Source: Flectonema sp. DT1601 (taxonomy: Eukaryota). From it: a DNA stretch of 64,000 nt. The notes under the pieces were generated by a model that was not told where the DNA came from, ran no database searches, and was given only the letters and a program-made list of their open reading frames with translations. Positions 46,416 through 57,346 of this stretch are shown here, in pieces. Each line of letters starts with the position of its first letter. Position 1 is the first letter of the stretch. The position numbers and the translations under genes were made by a program. The stretch is taken from contig OZ025784.1 in NCBI GenBank assembly GCA_964019425.1, positions 806,001 to 870,000 of the forward strand, written 5' to 3'.

Positions 46416-47128
46416 CATAGATGGAAGTGCCCTCCAAATTTGGAGGGCGCCTGGTGAAAATCCAAAATAGGGCGCTGGAGGGCGCGTAGGGCGCTTTTTT
46501 TAAATTTAATATAATGCCGAGCTCATTTTGACACACCCCTGCCCTCAGCGAGGGTCGAATCGCATCTTATTTGACTTCTCCGGTTCGCCCGATCAAATGC
46601 GTCTCTGGGATATCAGTTTACTTGCCACCAGTAAACTTCTTTTTTTTTCTCACAAGGTACCGTGAAGACCGGCCTATTAACAGGTTAGCAAGAACGCACT
46701 CTCCCTCCTCGAATCCCTCTATATTCGACTCGGTGCATTCTGCGGGCTAATCAGCTCCTTGTAGATCTGGGATGCATCGTCCACTGAAATGAGTTTCAGC
46801 TTCAGGGATTGCAGCAGGCTCCGGAAGCTCTCAAGGAGTGGCCCATTGTTTTTGCCATTGTTGACCACCGAACCATGACCTGGAGGTCTCGGGTTCGAAC
46901 CCCGTGACACCCTTTTTTTCTCTTTTTCGAAAGACTGCCAAGCATGTCAAAATTTTTTTTTGGCTTCTGCGTCAAAATACTTGTGCGTCAGTGTAAGTCC
47001 CCGTCAATTTAGCTGTCTTATAGTAATAAAAAAGGTAAAAAAAATCGCCCTCCAAAATAATATTTATTTTAAAAGCGCCCTACAAGCGCCCTACACGCCC
47101 TCCAAATTGTAGGGCACTTCCATCTATG
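46416..47128. mobile_element. Non-autonomous TIR element (MITE-like), 713 bp, 18-bp perfect TIR, 6-bp TSD ATGATT
   Basis: catagatggaagtgccct..agggcacttccatctatg; atgatt at 46410-46415 and 47129-47134; subterminal agggcgc/gcgccct repeats. Confidence 0.9.
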
Positions 47129-47512
47129 ATGATTGATATTTATTTTTTTTTTTTTTTTTCCCGAGAAAAAAAAATTCCCGAGAAAAAAAAAAAGTGCTGG
47201 TACCCAACAGCGAAAAAAAAAAAGAGTTGTTCACAACAGCGAAAAAACTTTTTGGGTGCAGGCAACGGAGAAAAAAAAGTTAAGGTGACAGGCAACGGAG
47301 AATTCTCCTATTTATTAATACTAACGAACTAAAATATAAACAAGGCCTGACACCGCAGTGTTCCCCTTGCTGACTTCGCTGAAGAGGGCTTGGGTAAGGG
47401 GAATGGTCCGAAGAAAGATTGCTTTTAATCTTAGCCCGAAACCAACTTGTTTGTTGTCCTACGAAAATTTACTTTTTTTTGATTGACTGATAATTATTAA
47501 TACTAACCATCT

Positions 47513-48599
47513 GCATATGGCACATGTGGTCGTATTATAAAGAAAGATGTAAATGAAAGAAAGAAGATTTTTTATTTTTTTCACCTTCCCCCACTCCCAG
47601 ATCATTTCTCTTTTATTTTTTTTAGTTGTTTACAACCTGTTAGCCTCTGGGCAAGGTGGAGGCTGGAAGTCGATCACTTCCAGCCAATACTATGAAACTA
47701 CAATCTTCGCGATTGGGTCCTTACTGATGCGGGCTACCCAGACCCGCTCGTAGTCATCAGTTTGTATTTTGCTAAAAAAAAAACTCATATTCCAACTATT
47801 ATGAACCATTGGATTTAATGGTATCTTTTATTATTATTTATTTATTTTAAAAAATCTTTTTTTTTTTGATTTTTCAGTGGACAACAATCTTATAATAAAA
47901 TACATATTCTAACTAACAAATTTTTTTGGTTGGAATTATTTGTTTAAATTTGATGTTCTGTTCTTCTCCCTTTTTTTTTTTTTTTTTTTTTAATTATTTC
48001 TTTATAATTACACCTTCCAACCCGATGTTCTTTAGTTTGCTGTATCAGCAATGCAATGTATTGGACTTCCTTATCTATCTATCTATCAACATAACCAGAT
48101 GGTATGCGAAGATAATAATTAAAATGCAAAATAAAATATATGAACGACCTCGACTAATAACTCGATCGTCAGACAGGTCGAACATAAGAGTTTTAAAATT
48201 TGATCAAAAAAAAAAAACATTACTAGCCCCATATCCTGGCGTAGCTCCGATGATTTTCTGCCTTGGAGACGCTTAGATGTTAGGAAACTGCAGAATACTT
48301 TTATTTTTTATACTTATCTCTACTTCCCGTTACGGATTGTGTCTTCTGTTGTTGTGAGTTACCCTCTTAGACTACTCATAATATGCAGTAACGTTTTGGG
48401 TTAAAAAAACTAACTTTGATTAACCATTAATACTGACTAAATCTAAATTACTATCAAATGAATAATTTTCTATTTCCCATCCTCACTAGTTACACAGACA
48501 CCCCCCTTCATGGATGATTAATCACTTTCGGTAGGACAGATTCCTATAAAAGTCATTTTACAATAATTCACACTTAAACTCAACAGTTAAATATAAACC
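47513..48599 (+). repeat. Upstream region of DOMON-b561 copy 2, duplicated at ~61644-62746 upstream of copy 4
   Basis: Near-identical sequence. Confidence 0.9.
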
Positions 48600-51359
48600 A
48601 TGAGAGTACTCAGTCTCTTTATATTGTTATCCTTATTGGGTGTTGGTAGTTCACAATGCACGGCTTCGACTCTGATTGTGACGGGAAGCACGACTTACGA
48701 CTGCGCAATTGATTTATCACATGAGGTAACCCTCCACTGGAATCGTGAAACAGGCGGGGGAGTTGCTTTTGCGGCGACGACGACATCGGTCAACGGATGG
48801 TTTTCAGTGTCATTTCCTTATCGTTCGTTTTCCATGATCCCAGCAATTGGTGTCGCATCGACCAGTGCCACTGCTGCGGGTAGTTTCTCGTTCAATGAAA
48901 GGTCAGCGGCTGGAATCACTTCTGTGGTGTCTCCGTTGTTCAACAACCCGACCACGGAGATTGTAAACGGGATGCGCATTCTGAGATTCAACGTGGAAGC
49001 GGGTTTTCTGTCAACTGGGATGCCAGTGAACTATGCTTTCCATTCCTATGAGATGGATTTTCCTGTTAGCAAACATACTTCAGTAAGAAGTGTGATTGTG
49101 GATTTTGTTGTACCACTTCCTCCAGTTCCGATAAACTTTGTGACTTGCAGGACTTCTAATCTGATTGTGGCGGGCACAACCTACGACTGCGTGGCGGATT
49201 TGTCACCTGAAGTAAGCATCCACTGGAATCGCGGTACAGTATTCGGACCAACAGAATTCGTGGCTACGACGACTTCGGTCAACGGATGGTTTTCAGTGTC
49301 GTTTCCACTATCTTTGGGTTCGATGATCCCTGCTATTGGTGTCGCATCGACCAGTGCCACTACTGCTGACATCATCTCGATTACTGGAAGGTCAGCGGCT
49401 GGAATCACTTCTGTGGTGTCTCCGTTATTCAGCAACCCGACCACGGAGATTGTAAACGGGATGCGCATTCTGAAATTCAACATCGAATCGTCTTTTCGGA
49501 ACTTTCTCAGTACAATTAACTACGCTTTCCATTCATCTGAGATGAGATTTCCTGTGAGCAAACATACTTCAGTAGGAAGTTTGTCGGTTAGTTTCATAGG
49601 TGTTCAGCCAGGCAGACAACCCGCCCCTGCTCCAACTTGCAGGGCTTCAACTCTGGTTTTGAGAAAAACCACAACCTACGACTGCATGACTGATTTGTCG
49701 CCTGAAGTAAGCGTCCACTGGAATAGTGGGGCATTCTTTGGAACAACAGATTTCGCGGCGACGACGTCATCGGTCAACGGATGGTTTTCAGTGTCGTTTC
49801 CTAATACTTTGGGGTCCATGTTCCCAGCATTGGGTGTTGCTTCGACCAGTGCCACAGCTGCAGACATCTTCTCATTCACTGAAAGGACAGCAGCTGGAAT
49901 CACTTCGGATATGGTTCCTTTATCCAACACCCCGACCAACCCGACGGAGACACCGACGTCGGATTCTCCCTCTTTGCCTCCTTCGGCGTCTCAGTTTTTT
50001 GAAAACCCGACCACGGAGATTACAAACGGAATGCGCATTCTGAGATTCAACATTGCATCGCATTTATTACTGAGACCTGGCACGCCAGTGAACTTTGCTT
50101 ACCATTCATCTGAGATGGATTTTCCTGTTAGCAAACATACTACAGTAGGAAGTGTGAGTGTCGATTTCGTGGAACCACCGCCAGCATCTCTGCCTCCAAC
50201 AACTCTGCCACCAACAACTCTCCCGCCAACAACAACAACTCTCCCGCCAACAACTCTCCCGCCAACAACTCTCCCGCCAACAACTCTCCCGCCAACAACT
50301 CTCCCGCCAACAACTCTCCCGCCAACAACTCTCCCGCCAACAACTCTGCCACCAACGCCAGTTGTGCCGCCACCAACTGTTGTTTCCTCTCCAGCTGTTG
50401 GCACTGTTAGATTTGAAGTAGTCGCAGAATTGAGTGATCTGGTTAGTCAGATTGATACGTTGGTAGCTGCCGCTTCCACATCATTAGGTGGTACTGCTCG
50501 TTGTAGTATGTTGTGTCAAGGTACTAACTGTGTTAATTGTGATGGCACTGCTGTTAATCAAAGATCTGTTTCTACACTAGTCAGAACAAGTTGGAGAGTT
50601 GTTTTGATTATAATTAATAATGAAAATGGAAGCATTACGAAAACAGCTGTCGATAATTCTTTGAAGAATGTCTTGTCAAACAATGCGGTTATTGGATACG
50701 TTGAGGGAAGTGTTGCTGTTGTTGTTGCTGCTGCGAATAGTAACTTCCCACAAGTTGTCGTCGTTAACAGTGACTTTGACGATGCTCACACTCACGGAAG
50801 GATCATGGTGACAATATGGGCGTACTGGGTTCCTTTGGCAGTTATTATCAAGGTTCTTGGAGCTTTTGTGTGTAAGGGAGAAGTGTTTGGGTATCCAATA
50901 CCAGTATTCATTCACATGGTCATGATGATTATTGCAATGTGTTTAACTACTGTTTTCGCTTCTATTGCCTTGTCAGACTTTGACAACAGAGTGGACTATG
51001 GACATAGAGAACTTGGTGTTACTTTGTTAGCGATTGGTTGGATTCAAATTTTGAGTGGTATCATAAGGCCAAGCAAGGAATCTGGATACAGAAAGTACTG
51101 GGGATGGGGACACGTTCTGTTTGGTATTTCAGTTGTGGTAATTTCAATCGCTCAAATGGCGACTGGAGTTGAAAATATTAATCGTCTATTCACAAATGAC
51201 TCGGAGGGGGTTAAGATTGCGATGATCGTTGGAGTGGTCACCATGGGTGTTATTTATATTATTGGGAAAATCTACGTCGCTGTTACGAAAAAGGAGGAGA
51301 TTTCAATTGTGGAAGACACTAACGGAGCTAAACGCTGTGAGCCTGATGAAGGAATGTAA
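48600..51359 (+). CDS. 3xDOMON - Pro/Thr stalk - cytochrome b561 protein, copy 2 (complete, longest stalk)
   Basis: As copy 1, plus an intact final TM (VKIAMIVGVVTMGVIYIIG) and cytosolic tail. Confidence 0.9.
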   Translation: MRVLSLFILLSLLGVGSSQCTASTLIVTGSTTYDCAIDLSHEVTLHWNRETGGGVAFAATTTSVNGWFSVSFPYRSFSMIPAIGVASTSATAAGSFSFNERSAAGITSVVSPLFNNPTTEIVNGMRILRFNVEAGFLSTGMPVNYAFHSYEMDFPVSKHTSVRSVIVDFVVPLPPVPINFVTCRTSNLIVAGTTYDCVADLSPEVSIHWNRGTVFGPTEFVATTTSVNGWFSVSFPLSLGSMIPAIGVASTSATTADIISITGRSAAGITSVVSPLFSNPTTEIVNGMRILKFNIESSFRNFLSTINYAFHSSEMRFPVSKHTSVGSLSVSFIGVQPGRQPAPAPTCRASTLVLRKTTTYDCMTDLSPEVSVHWNSGAFFGTTDFAATTSSVNGWFSVSFPNTLGSMFPALGVASTSATAADIFSFTERTAAGITSDMVPLSNTPTNPTETPTSDSPSLPPSASQFFENPTTEITNGMRILRFNIASHLLLRPGTPVNFAYHSSEMDFPVSKHTTVGSVSVDFVEPPPASLPPTTLPPTTLPPTTTTLPPTTLPPTTLPPTTLPPTTLPPTTLPPTTLPPTTLPPTPVVPPPTVVSSPAVGTVRFEVVAELSDLVSQIDTLVAAASTSLGGTARCSMLCQGTNCVNCDGTAVNQRSVSTLVRTSWRVVLIIINNENGSITKTAVDNSLKNVLSNNAVIGYVEGSVAVVVAAANSNFPQVVVVNSDFDDAHTHGRIMVTIWAYWVPLAVIIKVLGAFVCKGEVFGYPIPVFIHMVMMIIAMCLTTVFASIALSDFDNRVDYGHRELGVTLLAIGWIQILSGIIRPSKESGYRKYWGWGHVLFGISVVVISIAQMATGVENINRLFTNDSEGVKIAMIVGVVTMGVIYIIGKIYVAVTKKEEISIVEDTNGAKRCEPDEGM

Positions 51360-52842
51360 ACATAAAAAGAAGGCTATCCTCACATTGAATAATCAGCTGT
51401 GGGCGAGTCTTTTGTCAAGTCAGCGCGTATAGCATGAATTAACAAAGATAAATTATTGCTTTTTTTTTTTTTTTTTTAATTATTTTATTTACTATTTGAA
51501 ATCATTAATGACCAAATTCCACGGATAGAGTGAAAGTCCCCAACAGTGTTTTTGTTCTTAACAAACAGAAGCACCTGCTGGTTTCAGTCTTTCACTCGTT
51601 TTTAGTTCCCGTGTATTGAGTTAATGATCAACGTTGTTTTTTGTGTTGTTTGTTTTTTGACGAGGGATCCACCCCGTCGAATAAGAACTACACTCTTCCT
51701 CTCTCTCTCTTTATCTCTCTTCTTATTTTCATCTTGTTAAACATAAAATTAATTTCTGAAGATGATTTTTTGATGAAATCGTAATAAAAATAATTTGTTA
51801 AAAACATATCAAATAATTGACGTATTCTTAACTATAGATATGGACGTGAAGGAAGGTATCGTTTTTGGATTTCTTTTTTTTTTTTTTCAATTTCAAAAAA
51901 ACTAGCAAATCCATTGTTCCTTCATTTCCTTTCATATCCCTCTGCCTTATCCTTCCTTTTTATGAGCACAAACATTTCCTTGAATCAGAGGAGATAGTCT
52001 TCATTCGTTGAAGGAGAAAAAGAAAGAATATAAATATAAATATAAAAGATAAGTCTAGTCTTAGTTCTGAAGATGAAATTCGCAGGGCAAAAATATATAT
52101 TTTGGACCTACTTTGATACTTAATGAAAACACTTGTACAACACTTTCTTTATATGAAGTCACAACTTATGATAAATTATGAGCTATCTGAGCCACATGAA
52201 GTGATATCATCATCATCATCATCATAGCTAGTGCTGATGGAAGAGTTCTCATACTCGGAAGAAGTGCTGTCTGACTCCTCGGAGGTACTACTTGGCGGGT
52301 GAGATTTGAGTATTTTATATCCAACAGATCCTTGTATTGTATGGTTCTGATGCCTCGGACATCCACCATTCGGTGATATCCTGAGTGAGGCTCCGGTTTA
52401 AGATGGACAAATACCGATATGGGACTTTTGCAGCAAACACAAGCTTACTCCATGTGCAGTCTGCATAGTGATCGGCAGAGGATCTGAGCAATGTTGCAGA
52501 AACAGCAACCACCGATGCCGTCACCACGAGATGGCTCCCTGCAACGACTGCAAGCGGAATCCGGATCCGGAACAACGGACTGCCACGAAATGCTGCAACA
52601 AAAAGCATCACGGGCCAATTATAAGGACGTTGACGAGGAGGGCGAAGCAGCCGACGAAGCATGATATGCAAACCAGCACATCGCTTCTAAAATTAGGTTT
52701 CACCAAACAAATGAAACCGAAAGCAGAGGAAACCCCGGAAAGGGAACCACAGGACAAGGGGTTAACTTAGGTTGGCCGAACCAGTGCCTCGTCATCTCAC
52801 CGTGCTAGCAAGCCTGAATGACAGCACTCAAAATGGTACATA

Positions 52843-53092
52843 TATTCTTGTTCAAAAATCACTTCTCTTGACCTTTCAGGTCTCAGTAGTGTCACCACTA
52901 TTTGGAAATCATTTCTTGTCTTCTTGTTCAAAAATCACTTCTCTTGACCTTTCGAGTCTTGGTGCTGTGACTAAAATAGGAAATAACTTTCTCTGTCCTT
53001 TGGAAGTACTTGAAACTGTTAGGCTGCCTGTAAATAATGAGGCTCTCTTTGAAGAATATAAGGATAGAACTGTTAATGTCATGTTTCAGTAA
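52843..53092 (+). pseudogene. Duplicated 3' end of the Ubl-LRR gene (truncated, frameshifted)
   Basis: Matches 37999-38247 with one extra T (ccactatttgg). Duplication continues through the intergenic region into copy 3. Confidence 0.9.
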
Positions 53093-53630
53093 ATTTTATT
53101 TCATGTTTTCAAAAAAATTCTGTTCTCCGATTTTGCTCTCCGTGTGTTTCTTCCCTTTTCCTTTTTTCTAGTTGTGTTACTGAAAATAAACCAAACCAAT
53201 TTTTTGCTTTTTTAGTTTAAATCGGTCTCAGCGACTTCGAAAAAAGCAATTATATTTTGTTATTATTATCTAGCTTTCATCTTGCAACAGCTACCAGCTG
53301 TGAGATGGTAGCAACCTTTTAGTACAATATTAATGTTTAAAATATAAAAGAAGGTTTCACAGCGTGATCGTCGATTTCCTAGTAAAGGAGACATTAATAG
53401 TAAGTTAGTTTTATGTTTTTTTTTCATTTCTTGGAATTCATTTTTTTGTTTTTACAATTAACTCAGATGCTAACTAACTTCATTCTTTCTACAGTCTAAT
53501 GTATAATAATATTATGTTTCAACTGATGTGTTGTATTTTAAAGGTGATGAAATCACATTTGTTCACACAGATTCCTATAAAAGTCATTTTACAATAATTC
53601 ACACTTAAACTCAACAGTTAAATATAAACC

Positions 53631-56102
53631 ATGAGAGTACTCAGTCTCTTTATATTGTTATCCTTATTGGGTGTTGGTAGTTCACAATGCACGGCTTCGA
53701 CTCTGATTGTGACGGGAAGCACGACTTACGACTGCGCAATTGATTTATCACATGAGGTAACCCTCCACTGGAATCGTGAAACAGGCGGGGGAGTTGCTTT
53801 TGCGGCGACGACGACATCGGTCAACGGATGGTTTTCAGTGTCATTTCCTTATCGTTCGTTTTCCATGATCCCAGCAATTGGTGTCGCATCGACCAGTGCC
53901 ACTGCTGCGGGTAGTTTCTCGTTCAATGAAAGGTCAGCGGCTGGAATCACTTCTGTGGTGTCTCCGTTGTTCAACAACCCGACCACGGAGATTGTAAACG
54001 GGATGCGCATTCTGAGATTCAACGTGGAAGCGGGTTTTCTGTCAACTGGGATGCCAGTGAACTATGCTTTCCATTCCTATGAGATGGATTTTCCTGTTAG
54101 CAAACATACTTCAGTAAGAAGTGTGATTGTGGATTTTGTTGTACCACTTCCTCCAGTTCCGATAAACTTTGTGACTTGCAGGACTTCTAATCTGATTGTG
54201 GCGGGCACAACCTACGACTGCGTGGCGGATTTGTCACCTGAAGTAAGCATCCACTGGAATCGCGGTACAGTATTCGGACCAACAGAATTCGTGGCTACGA
54301 CGACTTCGGTCAACGGATGGTTTTCAGTGTCGTTTCCACTATCTTTGGGTTCGATGATCCCTGCTATTGGTGTCGCATCGACCAGTGCCACTACTGCTGA
54401 CATCATCTCGATTACTGGAAGGTCAGCGGCTGGAATCACTTCTGTGGTGTCTCCGTTATTCAGCAACCCGACCACGGAGATTGTAAACGGGATGCGCATT
54501 CTGAAATTCAACATCGAATCGTCTTTTCGGAACTTTCTCAGTACAATTAACTACGCTTTCCATTCATCTGAGATGAGATTTCCTGTGAGCAAACATACTT
54601 CAGTAGGAAGTTTGTCGGTTAGTTTCATAGGTGTTCAGCCAGGCAGACAACCCGCCCCTGCTCCAACTTGCAGGGCTTCAACTCTGGTTTTGAGAAAAAC
54701 CACAACCTACGACTGCATGACTGATTTGTCGCCTGAAGTAAGCGTCCACTGGAATAGTGGGGCATTCTTTGGAACAACAGATTTCGCGGCGACGACGTCA
54801 TCGGTCAACGGATGGTTTTCAGTGTCGTTTCCTAATACTTTGGGGTCCATGTTCCCAGCATTGGGTGTTGCTTCGACCAGTGCCACAGCTGCAGACATCT
54901 TCTCATTCACTGAAAGGACAGCAGCTGGAATCACTTCGGATATGGTTCCTTTATCCAACACCCCGACCAACCCGACGGAGACACCGACGTCGGATTCTCC
55001 CTCTTTGCCTCCTTCGGCGTCTCAGTTTTTTGAAAACCCGACCACGGAGATTAAAAATGGAATGCGCATTCTGAGATTCAACATTGCATCGCATTTATTA
55101 CTGAGACCTGGCACGCCAGTGAACTTTGCTTACCATTCATCTGAGATGGATTTTCCTGTTAGCAAACATACTACAGTAGGAAGTGTGAGTGTCGATTTCG
55201 TGGAACCATTGCCAGCATCTCTCCCGCCAACAACTCTGCCACCAACGCCAGTTGTGCCGCCACCAACTGTTGTTTCCTCTCCAGCTGTTGGCACTGTTAG
55301 ATTTGAAGTAGTCGCAGAATTGAGTGATCTGGTTAGTCAGATTGATACGTTGGTAGCTGCTGCTGCTACAGCTGTTGGTAGTACTGCTCGTTGTAGTATG
55401 TTGTGTCAAGGTACTAACTGTGTTAATTGTGATGGCACTGCTGTTAATCAAAGATCTGTTTCTACACTAGTCAGAACAAATTGGAGAGTTGTTTTGATTA
55501 TAATTAATAATGAAAATGGAAGCATTACGAAAACAGCTGTCGATAATTCTGCAAAGAATGTCTTGTCAAACAATGCGGTTATTGGATACGTTGAGGGAAG
55601 TGTTGATGTTGCTGTTGCTGCGAATAGTAACAGCCCACAAGTTGTCGACGATGCTCACACTCACGGAAGGATCATGGTGGCAATATGGGCGTACTGGGTT
55701 CCTTTGTCGGTTGTTGTCAAGGTTCTTGGACCTTTTGTGTGTAAGCGAGAAGTGTTTAGGTTGCCAATATCAGTATTCATTCACATAGTCATGATGATTA
55801 TTGCAATGTGTTTAACTACCGTTTTTGCTTCTATTGCCTTGTCAGACTTTAACAGCAGGGTGGACTATGGACATAGAGTACTTGGTATTGCTTTATTAGT
55901 GATTGGGTGGGTTCAAATACTATGTGATGTTGTCAAGCCAGACAAGGAATTTGAGTTCAGAAAGTACTGGGGATGGGGACACGTTCTGTTTGGTATTTCA
56001 GTTGTGGTTATTTCAATCGCTCAAATGGCGACTGGAGTTGAAATAAGAACTACACTCTTCCTCTCTCTCTCTTTATCTCTCTTCTTATTTTCGTCTTGTT
56101 AA
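53631..56102 (+). CDS. 3xDOMON - Pro/Thr stalk - cytochrome b561 protein, copy 3 (shortest stalk, altered C-terminus)
   Basis: Same architecture and same C-terminal junction as copy 1. Confidence 0.85.
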   Translation: MRVLSLFILLSLLGVGSSQCTASTLIVTGSTTYDCAIDLSHEVTLHWNRETGGGVAFAATTTSVNGWFSVSFPYRSFSMIPAIGVASTSATAAGSFSFNERSAAGITSVVSPLFNNPTTEIVNGMRILRFNVEAGFLSTGMPVNYAFHSYEMDFPVSKHTSVRSVIVDFVVPLPPVPINFVTCRTSNLIVAGTTYDCVADLSPEVSIHWNRGTVFGPTEFVATTTSVNGWFSVSFPLSLGSMIPAIGVASTSATTADIISITGRSAAGITSVVSPLFSNPTTEIVNGMRILKFNIESSFRNFLSTINYAFHSSEMRFPVSKHTSVGSLSVSFIGVQPGRQPAPAPTCRASTLVLRKTTTYDCMTDLSPEVSVHWNSGAFFGTTDFAATTSSVNGWFSVSFPNTLGSMFPALGVASTSATAADIFSFTERTAAGITSDMVPLSNTPTNPTETPTSDSPSLPPSASQFFENPTTEIKNGMRILRFNIASHLLLRPGTPVNFAYHSSEMDFPVSKHTTVGSVSVDFVEPLPASLPPTTLPPTPVVPPPTVVSSPAVGTVRFEVVAELSDLVSQIDTLVAAAATAVGSTARCSMLCQGTNCVNCDGTAVNQRSVSTLVRTNWRVVLIIINNENGSITKTAVDNSAKNVLSNNAVIGYVEGSVDVAVAANSNSPQVVDDAHTHGRIMVAIWAYWVPLSVVVKVLGPFVCKREVFRLPISVFIHIVMMIIAMCLTTVFASIALSDFNSRVDYGHRVLGIALLVIGWVQILCDVVKPDKEFEFRKYWGWGHVLFGISVVVISIAQMATGVEIRTTLFLSLSLSLFLFSSC

Positions 56103-57219
56103 ACATAAAATTAATTTCTGAAGATAATTTTTGATGAAATCCGATGTAATCGTATTAAAAATGATCAAAGTTGTTTTTTGTATTGTTTTTTTTTGACGAG
56201 GGGTACCCCGTCGAATAAGAACTACACTCTTCCTCTCTCTCTCTTTATCTCTCTTCTTATTTTCATCTTGTTAAACATAAAATTAATTTCTGAAAATGAT
56301 TTTTGATGAAATCGTAGTAAAAATAATTTGTTAAATACATATCAAATAATTGACGTGTTCTTACGAACCAAAAATGATTTATTTTTTTATTTCTTTGATT
56401 AATTTTTACAAAAATAGTTTTCTTTTTTTTAAATTTTCCTTATAATGTTTATTTGCTTTTGAAGTGTGAAGGAATACTATTTTAAGCTGTAGCGGGCTAC
56501 AGGGCATGGGGTGCTCAAGTATGTAGTACGTGGCCCCCGAATCCCCATATTCGACAGCACATAAATGATTATTTATCGATACCAATTGTTGATTTTCTTA
56601 TATTGCAACCAGGTTTGGCCGAACCCTATTCTCGTTTTAGCCAGTTTCAAGTTGCTTTCCATTTAATATTAGTATCAAGTTGCCTCTCCCTTATCCTTCC
56701 TTTTTATGAGCACAAGCATTTCCTTGAATCAGAGGAGATAGTCTTCATTCGTTGAAGGAGAAAAAGAAAGAATATAAATATAAATATAAAAGATAAGTCT
56801 AGTCTTAGTTCTGAAGATAAAATACGCAGGGCAAAAGATGGATTTTATCCTTCTGACTGATGCCATAAAATTATAATAATTTGATTTTGTTGTGTTAAAT
56901 TCGAAAAAAACAAAACAACGCAAAGAAAGAAAATTTTTATTCCTCCTCTCGTATTCTTTTCCTCTCATTTGAGGTTCCTTTTGATTCTGTTCCATACAGA
57001 TTGATATAGTTATTTGTGTTGCCCAAATATTACGATGCGAACTTCGGTAAGCTTCTTACGATATTAATGTTTAGGGTGGTTGGGGGGGGGTGAACGGCCT
57101 GGTTATGTTGCGGAGGGTTTTTTCTTTTCGCGGTATGAGGGCGTTCGACACGTGTAATTATTTCATGAAGAAAAGAGTTTTAAATATCAAAAGGAAAAAT
57201 ATATTATATTTTAAGAAAA

Positions 57220-57335
57220 TTCTCCGTTGCCTACATAATTCTTTTTTTTTTTTCTCCGTTGCCTGTCACCTTAACTTTTTTTTTTTTCTCCGTTGCCTGC
57301 ACCCAAAGAGTTTTTTCACTGTGGTGAAAAACTCT
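57220..57335 (-). repeat. Inverted copy of ~47220-47305 (aggcaacggaga-containing repeat)
   Basis: tctccgttgcctgtcaccttaac..tctccgttgcctgcacccaaa versus tttgggtgcaggcaacggaga..gttaaggtgacaggcaacggaga. Confidence 0.8.
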
Positions 57336-57346
57336 TATTATCTTTA

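Noticed and set aside
46874..46912. Intact tRNA gene
   Set aside because: Only T-arm and variable region visible; no D-arm or acceptor stem found
47690..47765. Hammerhead ribozyme (minus-strand CUGAUGA) or Helitron 3' end
   Set aside because: No GAAA after a stem II, and no canonical CTRR terminus at the expected distance
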